A DNA stretch of 64,000 nt from Candidatus Woesearchaeota archaeon (GCA_038874135.1 JAVZCZ010000001.1:416001-480000); one strand, 5' to 3'. Counted from the first letter of the stretch, positions 1 to 9,306 are shown. Notes: generated from the sequence alone by a model not told the origin. A program made the numbers and translations.

Positions 1-81
1 GCTGCTGAGCTTTTTCTTGTACTTCTCCAAAAGCTCGTCCATCTGAGGATTTGCGCCTTCGCTGCCCGGATTAACAGCCAT
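1..81 (-). CDS. Partial gene (5' end only), probably a TadB/TadC-like type IV pilus membrane platform protein
   Basis: ATG at 81, 5 bp after the ATPase stop. Reads MAVNPGSEGANPQMDELLEKYKKKLSS off the window edge, resembling the N-terminus of 17039..19174 (IEEIEAEVKKRLAS). Confidence 0.5.
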   Translation of the reverse strand, partial: MAVNPGSEGANPQMDELLEKYKKKLSS

Positions 82-86
82 CTTGT

Positions 87-2423
87 CTACTCCCTCGCTA
101 GCTGCTTTGCAAAATTGGTTTTTATGTAATGCTTAAGCCAGCTTTCCCACTTGACAATCACTCTTTTGCTGTCTATAGAGCCAACCTCATTTTTTATCTC
201 ATCGCATATCCTGTGGAACTGGTCATTTGCAACAACAACATGCTGTGCCTCCATAAGCTCAGGAATCTTAAGCTTGTTTGCATACTGAACTATTAGCTCC
301 TTAGTTTTTGCTCTCAGAAGGATGTTGTCCCAAACAGCATCCCAGTTGCCAGCCCACTCTTTCACATTTCCAGCTATCGCCTTGAGCACGTCAGAGTCGC
401 CATTTATAAGGTCATCAGTTGGCTCCAGCTGGTCTGTCTTTGCCTGGTATTTCATAAGGTCAGAGAATCCGTTCTCAGAAAGAGGGTCGTCATTCCAGAA
501 CTTTCTAACTTCTGTAATCTGAGTAACGCGCCTCCACCTGTGCAGCTGGTCTGCACTCTTCAAGGGGTTGGCAACTATGATTATATCCGTAGCCTTAAAG
601 CTGGTCTTTGGAACTTCCAAGTCGTTAACAACCCTGTCAAACACGCCGTACGGGCTGTCTCCATGTATTGTTCCGGCAACAACATTTGCAAGAGCGCCGA
701 CCCTCATAGCCTCATAAAGAGCCCTTGCCTCTGTGGAGCGGACCTCTCCTACAATCAGGCAAGAATCTCCAAGCCTAAGAGTTGTTCTTATACCCTCATC
801 AGCAGCCACTTCTGAAGTGCCCTTAGTCATCGCACTGGCGACCTTCATTGACTGAATGTTGTAGCCAATCTGCTTTAAAGGCCTAACCGGAAGCTCCAGA
901 GTGTCCTCTATTGTTATTATCCTAAGCTTCCTCATAATCTCAGTCATGACAGAGCCGAGCAGAGATGTCTTTCCAGCAGACCTAGTACCAGCCACAAGCA
1001 TTGTTCTTGAGCCGTCTACCAAGAAGCTAATTAGTCCCGCTGCCAGCGGATTTATCATCCTGGTATTGATAAAGAGGGGAAGCGTCCAGGGCTTGTCCCT
1101 ATGCCTCCTGAAAGCATAGGCCAATCCGCTCGGGTTTAACGGCTCGGATATTACTGCAACCCTGGCGTTTGCTCCTGGGAGAGTTATCTCAGTATCTAAG
1201 ATGGGGTTTGCCTCATCCAGAGGCCTTCCCGACATCATTCTCAGCTTGGAAGCCCAAGATTCTGCTTCGCTTAGGGTTGGAATTATGTTAGTCATGCAGT
1301 CGTCAAAGTCCTGGTGCACTATGAAAACAGGACTCTGTCCCATGGGGCTGTTTATAGTTACATCCTGAATCTTATCATCCTGCAGCAGGACTTCAATAAG
1401 TCCGAAGCCCACTGTGTAACGCACAAGTATATCTGTCAGTTCATCAATCTCTTTTGTTCTAAGCTTCATGCTCTGATATGCTGCCAGTTCTTCTATAAGG
1501 TCGTGTCCTACATTGTAGAAGACGCGCCTCATACGCTCAGGATCCACAAATTCGGATTTACTGGGCTTGTGCTCTGCAATTATCTTCCTTGCAGCATCCA
1601 ACAAGTCGTACTTTTCTTCAGAGAGCTTAAATTCTGGAGGGGTCATATGGTATAATTTCTGAATTGAGTCGTTAAGCGCAAAAATTGTTATTTCAGTATT
1701 GTCTCCTACCATGTAGGTATCCAACTCCTCTGCATTCTGAGGGTAAGATGCCATGAGCTTAGTGAACATGAAATCTGGTTTTATGGTTGGAGAGAATATC
1801 TTTCTATAAACATCCCTGTTACCGAGGATGTATCCAGAAAGGTATGGCTTTGCCAGTGCAACCAACTTAGTTTTTTCAAGGGAATCCTTAAGATATGTTA
1901 AAAGGCCTATAAGCTTCTCTTCGCAGTTTATGCACTCTGTTGAGTTTGTCTTGTCCTGGTTTATTCGCTCCCTGCGAATCATCCTTGTGAGCTGAACATA
2001 CGCTCCTAAGGGATCGCTCTTTATAAGATTATAAACTATGTCGTGAAGCTCGTTGTACCAGCGCGTCACGCACTTGTTGCAGTTCGGATTAAATGAAGAG
2101 AGGTAGTGATAGCTTATCAGGTTCTTCTGCCGGACAATCTCATTGTAGATCTTTGCAATTTCTAGAAGCATCTCAACCTGGTTGTAGTCATATTCAAAAT
2201 CCCTCTTCTGAGATAGAACTATTTTAGTTGCATCCGAGTTCTCAATTAGGCGCTCCACCATAGAAGCCATACAGAAGGCGTTGTCCTCAATTGAGGGGGG
2301 ATAATTGCACTTTGAACAGTTTACTCTTAGAACATTATCCTCTCCTTCCCTCTGCATCTCAGAAGGACAATTGACACCTATCTTAGCTTCATCCACTACC
2401 AATCCCTCTTTTTCCCATGGCAA
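87..2423 (-). CDS. Type II/IV secretion (VirB11/CpaF/ArlI-like) pilus assembly ATPase with Cys-rich N-terminal extension
   Basis: Walker A GTRSAGKTS, Asp box ITIEDTLEL, Walker B LIVGEVR, His box GTIHG; N-terminal CxxC pairs. Confidence 0.92.
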   Translation of the reverse strand: MPWEKEGLVVDEAKIGVNCPSEMQREGEDNVLRVNCSKCNYPPSIEDNAFCMASMVERLIENSDATKIVLSQKRDFEYDYNQVEMLLEIAKIYNEIVRQKNLISYHYLSSFNPNCNKCVTRWYNELHDIVYNLIKSDPLGAYVQLTRMIRRERINQDKTNSTECINCEEKLIGLLTYLKDSLEKTKLVALAKPYLSGYILGNRDVYRKIFSPTIKPDFMFTKLMASYPQNAEELDTYMVGDNTEITIFALNDSIQKLYHMTPPEFKLSEEKYDLLDAARKIIAEHKPSKSEFVDPERMRRVFYNVGHDLIEELAAYQSMKLRTKEIDELTDILVRYTVGFGLIEVLLQDDKIQDVTINSPMGQSPVFIVHQDFDDCMTNIIPTLSEAESWASKLRMMSGRPLDEANPILDTEITLPGANARVAVISEPLNPSGLAYAFRRHRDKPWTLPLFINTRMINPLAAGLISFLVDGSRTMLVAGTRSAGKTSLLGSVMTEIMRKLRIITIEDTLELPVRPLKQIGYNIQSMKVASAMTKGTSEVAADEGIRTTLRLGDSCLIVGEVRSTEARALYEAMRVGALANVVAGTIHGDSPYGVFDRVVNDLEVPKTSFKATDIIIVANPLKSADQLHRWRRVTQITEVRKFWNDDPLSENGFSDLMKYQAKTDQLEPTDDLINGDSDVLKAIAGNVKEWAGNWDAVWDNILLRAKTKELIVQYANKLKIPELMEAQHVVVANDQFHRICDEIKNEVGSIDSKRVIVKWESWLKHYIKTNFAKQLARE

Positions 2424-2549
2424 AGTTTAATAATGCAGGACCCCAAAATCGCCGTAACAGGGGTTTAAAATTGATAGATTTATAAAACTGACATATTTAT
2501 AAATATTTGTATCATAAAAATCCTCAGCATATATTCATTAACAGCACAG

Positions 2550-3044
2550 GTGATAAAGATGGTTGATGATGAACCAGATTTCTCAGCTATTATGAATGGA
2601 AACTTTAATCCCGAATCCTCAGCCAATATTTCTCCTACATCTGGACCACAAGCGCAAAAAAAGATTGATGTGAATTTAGACATTTCAGCGCAGACCAGTA
2701 ACCTGGAGAGAAGGCTCAGAATGCTGGAAGAAAGATATGGGCTGATGCAGAAGAGGGAGCAGATGGTTGAGCAGAACATGCTCTCTGCAAACAAGAAGAT
2801 AAACACTGAAATAAAAGCCATAACTGAAGAAATCGCTGAAATCAGACAGGAAATCGCACAGATTAAAGAAAAGGTTGAAGTAATAATTCAGGAATTAAAG
2901 CAGAGCGCACGCAGGGAAGAAATAAAGGTCATAGAAAAATATCTTGAACTCTGGGATCCGAGCAGGTTTGCAACTCAGACGGATGTAGAAAACATAGTAA
3001 GAAGGATGCTCTCCAAAAACAGCGAAAGTTTTAAAAAAGAATAA
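2550..3044 (+). CDS. Hypothetical coiled-coil protein
   Basis: 164-aa ORF with heptad-rich E/K/I pattern, divergent from the ATPase, TATA-like TTTATAAA upstream. Confidence 0.75.
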   Translation: MIKMVDDEPDFSAIMNGNFNPESSANISPTSGPQAQKKIDVNLDISAQTSNLERRLRMLEERYGLMQKREQMVEQNMLSANKKINTEIKAITEEIAEIRQEIAQIKEKVEVIIQELKQSARREEIKVIEKYLELWDPSRFATQTDVENIVRRMLSKNSESFKKE

Positions 3045-3087
3045 ACTGTTTATAACCTGAGGAGTCTGGAAAAAAGAGGGATCTTAA

Positions 3088-3816
3088 GTGCCAATCTTGG
3101 GAAAAAAAGAAGAAAAGCCTGCAACTCAGAGTTCTCAACAGCAAGGCATCCCCGTGGATATAGTGCTCGGACTCAAAGCAAAAGGGCTCTCTAACAATCA
3201 GATAATAGAGATTCTGCAAAGGGACGGCTATAAGACATATCAGATATTTGACGCCCTGAGCCAGGCAGAGCTTAAAAGCGCCTCTCCAGTATCGGCAGAG
3301 CCCCCAAAAAATCCAACTATAACACAAGCACCAACTTACACTGAAAATAACCCAATACCAGACTTTAATCCTGAAATAACAGGACAACAAAGTGCTAACG
3401 CGCAGGTATTCCCACAGCCGGAGCCGTTCCAACAGGCAGCTCCCCCAGAAGGCGGAGTTCCAGTAGTGGGAGAAGCGACTGACGCAATTACCGAGCAGAT
3501 AGAAGAGATAGCAGAAGCAATAATTGATGAGAAGTGGAATGAGTTCATAGTTAATGTAAATAAGATAATTGCGTGGAAGGAAAAAACCGAAGCTAGAATG
3601 ACAGCTCTGGAAAAGAGGATGGATGATTTAAAAGCCAGCGTGGACCAGCTGCAAAAAGCCATACTAGAAAAGGTAGGCGAGTATGACAAACACGTTACTG
3701 AAGTTGGCGTTGAATTAAAGGCGATGGAAAAGGTTTTTCAGAAAGTACTTCCCACATTTACCTCTAACATCAACGAGCTCAGCCGTATTGCTTCTGAATT
3801 AAAAGAGAAGAAGTAG
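3088..3816 (+). CDS. Hypothetical protein: N-terminal helical domain, Pro/Gln linker, C-terminal coiled coil
   Basis: 242-aa ORF; GLSNNQIIEILQRDGY and EEIAEAIIDEKW motifs; SD-like GAGGGG upstream of GTG. Confidence 0.8.
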   Translation: MPILGKKEEKPATQSSQQQGIPVDIVLGLKAKGLSNNQIIEILQRDGYKTYQIFDALSQAELKSASPVSAEPPKNPTITQAPTYTENNPIPDFNPEITGQQSANAQVFPQPEPFQQAAPPEGGVPVVGEATDAITEQIEEIAEAIIDEKWNEFIVNVNKIIAWKEKTEARMTALEKRMDDLKASVDQLQKAILEKVGEYDKHVTEVGVELKAMEKVFQKVLPTFTSNINELSRIASELKEKK

Positions 3817-3820
3817 AATT

Positions 3821-4477
3821 TTATCTAAGATTAACTGGCCCATATATCGCGTGCTTCTTTCCAAGTTTTGCTGCCCGGTACGCGTCTCCATAGCTCCAGT
3901 GCCACCATTCTAAAGGGTAGTTCACGAAGCCCTCCGCCTGCATGCAATTCTTTAGAATCTGCCTGTTCTTGCGAGCAGTTTTACTTATTGCTCTTGAATC
4001 TAACGCGGATTTTGCTGTAAAGCTGTCCAATTCTGTGCCCATCTCAAGTTCTCTCCCTTTTGAATCTGCAAGAGTAACATCTACCGCTCCGCCCGTAGAG
4101 TGAAAGGTTATCTTGTCCGGATTTGCTATGTACATGTCAGTTATTCTAAGAAGTTTTTTCTCACTCCAATTCGGATGCTTCTTTCTCAGCTTTCTCAGAA
4201 GGTTATCATGCATCCTTCTCTGCGCTTCAATACTTCTGTAACCATCCAACACTACAAGCTTTATTCCTTCTGGAAGCATCTTGGCAACTCTACAAAGCTT
4301 TTTTGCAACACTAACCCGCACATAGCATTCGTCCCTCTTAAAGTTTTGAAGCATCCTACTCTCAGGATCTATCCTTATCAATATGTGTGGGCAGACGCTC
4401 TTTAGAGCCACCAGCTTTTCACCATTATCTACAATCTTAATTCTGGCAAGTTTTTCATCAGGAATAAATCTTATCAC
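3821..4477 (-). CDS. ddpX: D-alanyl-D-alanine dipeptidase (peptidase M15D, VanX/DdpX family)
   Basis: LDGYRS, HSTGGAVDVTL (H-x6-D zinc motif) and EWWHWSYGD motifs. Confidence 0.9.
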   Translation of the reverse strand: MIRFIPDEKLARIKIVDNGEKLVALKSVCPHILIRIDPESRMLQNFKRDECYVRVSVAKKLCRVAKMLPEGIKLVVLDGYRSIEAQRRMHDNLLRKLRKKHPNWSEKKLLRITDMYIANPDKITFHSTGGAVDVTLADSKGRELEMGTELDSFTAKSALDSRAISKTARKNRQILKNCMQAEGFVNYPLEWWHWSYGDAYRAAKLGKKHAIYGPVNLR

Positions 4478-4502
4478 CGAATATCACCTTTAAAGATAAT
4501 AG

Positions 4503-4597
4503 TGCCCTCTCCGGGAATTTCACCATAAAGCTCTGGTTTTGAACCCGGGTCATGGCCTCCGCAGGGCCATATCTTATCCAGACTGGACTAAGAGGGC
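4503..4597 (-). tRNA. tRNA-Arg(GCG) with a 21-nt intron at position 59/60 (intron 4517..4537)
   Basis: Acceptor GCCCTCT/AGAGGGC, D-loop GGATA, anticodon arm TGGCC-CTGCGGA-GGCCA, T stem CCGGG/CCCGG. The T-loop is interrupted by a BHB-forming insert; removing it gives a 74-nt cloverleaf with T-loop TTCAAAT. Confidence 0.92.
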
Positions 4598-4639
4598 ACT
4601 GCAAATCAAGATTCGGGTTTAGATTAAATATTTTTTGGA

Positions 4640-5185
4640 TCACTTCATGTATGGCGGAGTGGTTAGAAGGAGAATTGCGAACATTGAAACTATAAGTATG
4701 AAGATTATGCCGAGCACCTTAGGATGAAATATTGCCTGAGCAACATTCTTTCCGTAGTCTGTGGCTTCTACAGAAGTTGTGTTTTGTGTTAAAGGCAAAA
4801 GCTTGTTGCCAAACACGGCAGCCAGTCCAACTGCAAAGATGAGGCACACAACAACTAAGAGGGCGATGTGCACTGGTCCCCAATGTTTCATCCCCTCTTT
4901 TATTGCTCCCTCTTCCATGCCTAAAAATCTGAGTCCTACCAGCATGAAGAATATGAAGAGCAGGAGAATAAAGAATAGGGGCATTATTGTTTTTATTACA
5001 TCCTGCGACTCGCTGGAGAGTATTACTAGAAAAGCAACTGCCATTGCAATCATAGCAATAAGATTGTTGCTATCTCCGAGAACTTTTGTGGTTTTTAGTA
5101 TTGCATACACTAAGGTAAACACTAGTAGAAGTATGAAGATTGGAGAAAACTTGTCCAGAAAGAATATTTCTAAAAATGTTGCCAT
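4640..5185 (-). CDS. Multi-pass membrane protein, paralog 3 of a tandem trio
   Basis: About 5 hydrophobic helices; N-terminal LLLVFTLVYAILKTTKVLG motif shared with the two neighbours. Confidence 0.8.
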   Translation of the reverse strand: MATFLEIFFLDKFSPIFILLLVFTLVYAILKTTKVLGDSNNLIAMIAMAVAFLVILSSESQDVIKTIMPLFFILLLFIFFMLVGLRFLGMEEGAIKEGMKHWGPVHIALLVVVCLIFAVGLAAVFGNKLLPLTQNTTSVEATDYGKNVAQAIFHPKVLGIIFILIVSMFAILLLTTPPYMK

Positions 5186-5204
5186 ATTCGCTGCGCCTTT
5201 TTAT

Positions 5205-5792
5205 TTATTTGTTATAGTGCTCAAATGATTTTCCAATGTCGTCCCACATCTTTTTGAAAGCGCTGTCCCCCTGAGGCTTTCCCGGCTCTGCAGTTATCGC
5301 CCAAACTATCACTCCAAATACTAAAAGTGCTACCACTACTGCCACTGTCTCAGGATTGGCTGCCACTGCCGAAAACGCCCTTGAACCAAACCAGCCAGCT
5401 GCTGAGCCGAATATGATTATTATTGCTGCCAGCGAGAATATTACTATGGCTCCTCTCATACTGCTGCCCTCTCCAGTGTAGCGTATGCCCCAAGCCCCTA
5501 TGAGCAGGAGAACCATTATAACTGCCACGATGATTGCAGTAACATTGGGTATTGCTTCATTTATTATTTCCACAACATCCGCTCCTGGAGGATAGCCGCC
5601 TGTAACGTGAGGTATTACTACTGTTAATGCGAGCACGAGGGATACTACCACATTAATGTTTTTTCTATCCTTTCCAAAAAGGTTTATGTTGCTCAGAACT
5701 GCAAAAAGTATTGCAAATATAAGGGTGAATGGCAGAAGCACATCCATAAGACCCATGCTTTCAAACGCGATTAACACTTCTTTAAAATCCAT
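5205..5792 (-). CDS. Multi-pass membrane protein, paralog 2 of a tandem trio
   Basis: DVLLPFTLIFAILFAVL...KNINVVVSLV motif; about 5 TM helices. Confidence 0.8.
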   Translation of the reverse strand: MDFKEVLIAFESMGLMDVLLPFTLIFAILFAVLSNINLFGKDRKNINVVVSLVLALTVVIPHVTGGYPPGADVVEIINEAIPNVTAIIVAVIMVLLLIGAWGIRYTGEGSSMRGAIVIFSLAAIIIIFGSAAGWFGSRAFSAVAANPETVAVVVALLVFGVIVWAITAEPGKPQGDSAFKKMWDDIGKSFEHYNK

Positions 5793-5798
5793 TTTTCA

Positions 5799-6374
5799 TC
5801 ACCCTTCTTTTTTTGGACTTGAAGTTATAAATGCTATTGCTCCTATCATGAGGCCCAGCAGCACTATTGTGCCTACAACGTCATTATTTACGCCTGAACT
5901 GCCAACTAGTGCGTTGCGTATTCCTGTGAAGATTATTGAAAGCACGCTCTGCCCTGAGGAGAGCTTAAATGCATTTAGGAATATCAGCACTATGCCTACA
6001 AACATTATAACCATAAATAGGTTCTTCCAGCCGCCTTCCAGGAAGACTCCTTCACTCGTTTGCTTTTGAAATGAGCCGACAAGAATTAGGAAGAGCACTG
6101 AAAGCACTAGCAGAAGCACTGAGTTGGAGACTGTCTCGTTTATCATTGCAACTAGGCGAGTAGAGCCCACCACTAAGAGAGAAGTTACGAATGCTACCAT
6201 GGAGTTGAGGTTTTTTCTGCTGTACTTCTTTCCTCCAATCTCTTCGTATCCTAAGACAAGCGTCTTTTCTAATATGCCAAACACTAAGGTGAAAACTAGA
6301 AGCATTGGAAGGATAACATCATAAACTCCGAGTTGGTCAAGAAAGCTTATGGTTTCTCTCAAGTTGGATGCCAT
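5799..6374 (-). CDS. Multi-pass membrane protein, paralog 1 of a tandem trio
   Basis: DVILPMLLVFTLVFGILEKTLVLG...KNLNSMVAF motif; about 5 TM helices. Confidence 0.8.
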   Translation of the reverse strand: MASNLRETISFLDQLGVYDVILPMLLVFTLVFGILEKTLVLGYEEIGGKKYSRKNLNSMVAFVTSLLVVGSTRLVAMINETVSNSVLLLVLSVLFLILVGSFQKQTSEGVFLEGGWKNLFMVIMFVGIVLIFLNAFKLSSGQSVLSIIFTGIRNALVGSSGVNNDVVGTIVLLGLMIGAIAFITSSPKKEG

Positions 6375-6444
6375 CTTACCCGATTTTTAGCCCTTATCAA
6401 TATTTAAATCTTTTGTTTTTAAAAAAAGATTTTTGGAATAGAAC

Positions 6445-7590
6445 TCATAGGAACTTTAGCTCAACTTCCAGCTGGTCAAATGTTGGGTATTGGTGCACTT
6501 CAGTAGGAACTGCGCCCATCTCCTTTATTGTTTCACTTAACTGTTCCACTATTGGAAGGGCTGTAATTATGCGGAGTTTTAATTTGTCTACTTTTATGAA
6601 GGAAGCAGGAATCTTATATTCTTTGATTAGAGCACTTCGTATTCTGTTAAGCCGTCTAAGTATTTTCTGCATTTCAGTTTTGCTAATCCTGGCAAGTTCT
6701 GCAGTATAGGCAAAATTCGGTTTTAGTTCTGGAAGGTATATTGCCCCTCTGATTAGTATTCCCTCGTTGTTGATTATGTCAAATTTTTCTGAAGATTTCT
6801 TGGCTCTGAGCTTTATCCTGTTGGCAAGCTGTACTGCATCCTTCAGCTTGGCAGTGCAGTAGTGCACTGAGAACTTCTTTCTTATGCAGTGCCTCATTAT
6901 TCTTAGCGCAGTCTGCTCGCTTCCGGCTATTGCATATGAAATTTCATCTTTGGGATGGAACCTTCTAAGTAGCATTGCTCCCGCATTTGTATCTGAGATT
7001 TCCAGCTCATTAAGATTGAGAAACTTAATCTTTCCATCAAGGTAGTCAATCAGCCTAAATATTCTCTTTTCTTCCCCTGGAATTGCAGGGATTTCTACTC
7101 CTACATCCCAGTTGAACTTCTGTGCTGCTGAAATTTTATGCCAGTACTTATCACAATAAATGTCAGGATGGAACCTTATCTCATCTAAGCCGGCTTTATG
7201 AAGTAGCCTCAGCTTTTTTTCATCCACTAGCTCCAGAGGTGCGTATAGGTGTATGTGAAATTCTTTACCGAAATGTCTTTTAAGAAGTCTGATGTAGCGG
7301 ACAGTTCTCCCTATTACTAGAATTGGATCTCCGCCTGTGATGCTGGCTGAAGTAGCACTAGAGATTTTTGCCTCTTCAACTATCTCATAATCTTTGACAA
7401 TTGGTCTTTCGTTTGCGAAGATTACATCCTTGTTTTTCTTGCTGTCAGAAAGGGGGCAGTAGTAGCACTGCCTGCTGCATAGCCCTGTAACAAATAGCAC
7501 TAACTTTCTTCCCTTCACGCAGAACCTGCAGCCCCTGCTGAGCCTTCCTATGCTCTTAGAATAGTAACCAGTATTTGTTATACGCCGCAT
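6445..7590 (-). CDS. Radical SAM protein (archaeal, COG2108-like)
   Basis: CSRQCYYC (CxxxCxxC), ITGGDP, GLDEIRFH and upstream GCRFC. Confidence 0.88.
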   Translation of the reverse strand: MRRITNTGYYSKSIGRLSRGCRFCVKGRKLVLFVTGLCSRQCYYCPLSDSKKNKDVIFANERPIVKDYEIVEEAKISSATSASITGGDPILVIGRTVRYIRLLKRHFGKEFHIHLYAPLELVDEKKLRLLHKAGLDEIRFHPDIYCDKYWHKISAAQKFNWDVGVEIPAIPGEEKRIFRLIDYLDGKIKFLNLNELEISDTNAGAMLLRRFHPKDEISYAIAGSEQTALRIMRHCIRKKFSVHYCTAKLKDAVQLANRIKLRAKKSSEKFDIINNEGILIRGAIYLPELKPNFAYTAELARISKTEMQKILRRLNRIRSALIKEYKIPASFIKVDKLKLRIITALPIVEQLSETIKEMGAVPTEVHQYPTFDQLEVELKFL

Positions 7591-7615
7591 GCACTAAGGA
7601 ATCTTTAATCAGCAT

Positions 7616-8461
7616 TTAAATTATTGCTTTTTTTGTACGGTTTATAAGAGCGTAGATACTTTTCCAACTTTTTACATAGAAGTCCGAAGCGTTTATCACT
7701 CCCATTGTAGGCTTATTTATTGCTATTTTTATTGTATTCTTTCTTCCGAAAATGTTCTCTGCTGCACTAAGCATTTCAAGGTCTTCATCAGCATTTAGAA
7801 AGAGCACTGCTCCTTCCAGAGATTCAGCACTTTGAATAAGAAATTTTTTCTTCTGGTAAGAATCAACTACTTTTCCGAGAATGCCTAAGATTCTTCCATC
7901 TCTTTCCAACAATTTGGTAGCATAAGCCTCAATGTGAAAAATGTTTTCCCCAATTTTCTTTACATATTCTTCCAAAACAGGATAAAAGGTTGTGCTTATG
8001 AGAACTGTTTTTTTATAATTTCTTGATATTTGAGAGAGGGTACTTATTGAGTAAGGATATGAAAAACGGCTTATGCTGCGAGCAGCGGCATGAACCTCTT
8101 CATAATAGAATCTTGTAAGGACTCTTTCGGAGAACTCTTCAACTATGCTTAGTAAGTCTTGTTCTCTTTCCAACCTTTTAATGCCCATCTTATAAGCCAA
8201 AACTTTAGAAGTGAAATAAACTCCATCAGCAGCATAGTTAAGCACACTATCTATTCCATGCTTAATTGCATAGGGTAGCAGAAGAAATGCCAGGTCAGCA
8301 CTACTAGAATTATAAAATAGTCCGTTGAACATTCCCCTATGGATGGTGCCGTCCAAGTCAAGGAACAACCCAATTTCCCTGCCTTCAGAGTTGAGCAGTA
8401 TCCCTTCCAAGTCCTTTTCAGAGTAGCTGTCTGAAAATATTCCTGGAAATATCTCTATCAT
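7616..8461 (-). CDS. HAD-superfamily hydrolase (SerB-like, divergent)
   Basis: Motif I FLDLDGT, motif II VLIST, motif IV-like NADEDLEML. Confidence 0.7.
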   Translation of the reverse strand: MIEIFPGIFSDSYSEKDLEGILLNSEGREIGLFLDLDGTIHRGMFNGLFYNSSSADLAFLLLPYAIKHGIDSVLNYAADGVYFTSKVLAYKMGIKRLEREQDLLSIVEEFSERVLTRFYYEEVHAAARSISRFSYPYSISTLSQISRNYKKTVLISTTFYPVLEEYVKKIGENIFHIEAYATKLLERDGRILGILGKVVDSYQKKKFLIQSAESLEGAVLFLNADEDLEMLSAAENIFGRKNTIKIAINKPTMGVINASDFYVKSWKSIYALINRTKKAII

Positions 8462-8540
8462 AATAGAAGGAATATTGCTTTAATTTTTAAAACCTTTCAA
8501 GAAAAACAAAAAATTAGTCACTATTTAGTGATTACAAAAA

Positions 8541-8555
8541 CGAAAGATTTATAAA
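8541..8555 (+). promoter_or_regulatory. Archaeal BRE/TATA promoter for 8578..9306
   Basis: CGAAAG-A-TTTATAAA ending 22 bp before the ATG; consistent with a leaderless or short-leader transcript. Confidence 0.55.
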
Positions 8556-8577
8556 ATAGTTTGTCTTCCACAGGTTT

Positions 8578-9306
8578 ATGAGTGCTCAAACAACAAACTT
8601 GGATGAATTGGTGAGAGATTGCCACACTTTACTCTATAAGAAGAAAGGAGCTGGATACAACAAAATTGTAATATTGACTGAAACAGCAATGGATGGAATG
8701 AACATGCTCAGGGAGGAATGCCGAGACATAGAAAAAAATTTTGGAAGGTTTTACGAATTCCCAGCTCTTCTTAAAGGTTATTATTTAAATAATAACATGA
8801 TAGTAGTTACCGGATATACTCTTCCCGCAACATTTCAGCCTATAAACTCTGAAAGGGAGTTAGAAAAAGTTTTAAAGAAAGGAACAGAACCTGATTGCAT
8901 CTTAGTAAGTACTAACAATAAGCACTATATTAAAATTTCAGACTCTTATGTTGCAAGAGCGTGGGCTGAGGCACTTAAAGATGGCAATGAAATAGTTGGT
9001 TTGGACCATGTGCATCCCTCATCTCCAGTGCCTTCCCCTAAGGATTTGAAATTTGTTGCCAGTGGGAAAATTCAGGAAGGCACAAAGAACAGAATCCTGA
9101 TAGTCCAGTCCGGATCATCAGAAGCATACGAAGCTTATTGGGTAAATCCTGAACATATCAATAAGATTAGAAACATATTAGATATGATTACCCTTAAAGA
9201 AAAAGGAATTATGATGGACTTATTCTCACCGGTGAAGAAGACGAGTGACAAGAACGAAATTGAATACATATTAAGACAAGCATATACTCTGAATCAGCTC
9301 AGATAA
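8578..9306 (+). CDS. JAB/MPN+ (JAMM)-like metalloprotein
   Basis: EFPALLKG (candidate catalytic Glu) and IVGLDHVHPSSPVPSPKD (HxH-x6-S-x2-D). Confidence 0.65.
   Translation: MSAQTTNLDELVRDCHTLLYKKKGAGYNKIVILTETAMDGMNMLREECRDIEKNFGRFYEFPALLKGYYLNNNMIVVTGYTLPATFQPINSERELEKVLKKGTEPDCILVSTNNKHYIKISDSYVARAWAEALKDGNEIVGLDHVHPSSPVPSPKDLKFVASGKIQEGTKNRILIVQSGSSEAYEAYWVNPEHINKIRNILDMITLKEKGIMMDLFSPVKKTSDKNEIEYILRQAYTLNQLR

Noticed and set aside
4458-4643. 61-aa ORF on the minus strand
   Set aside because: It fully overlaps the intron-containing tRNA-Arg(GCG) and has no protein-like features.
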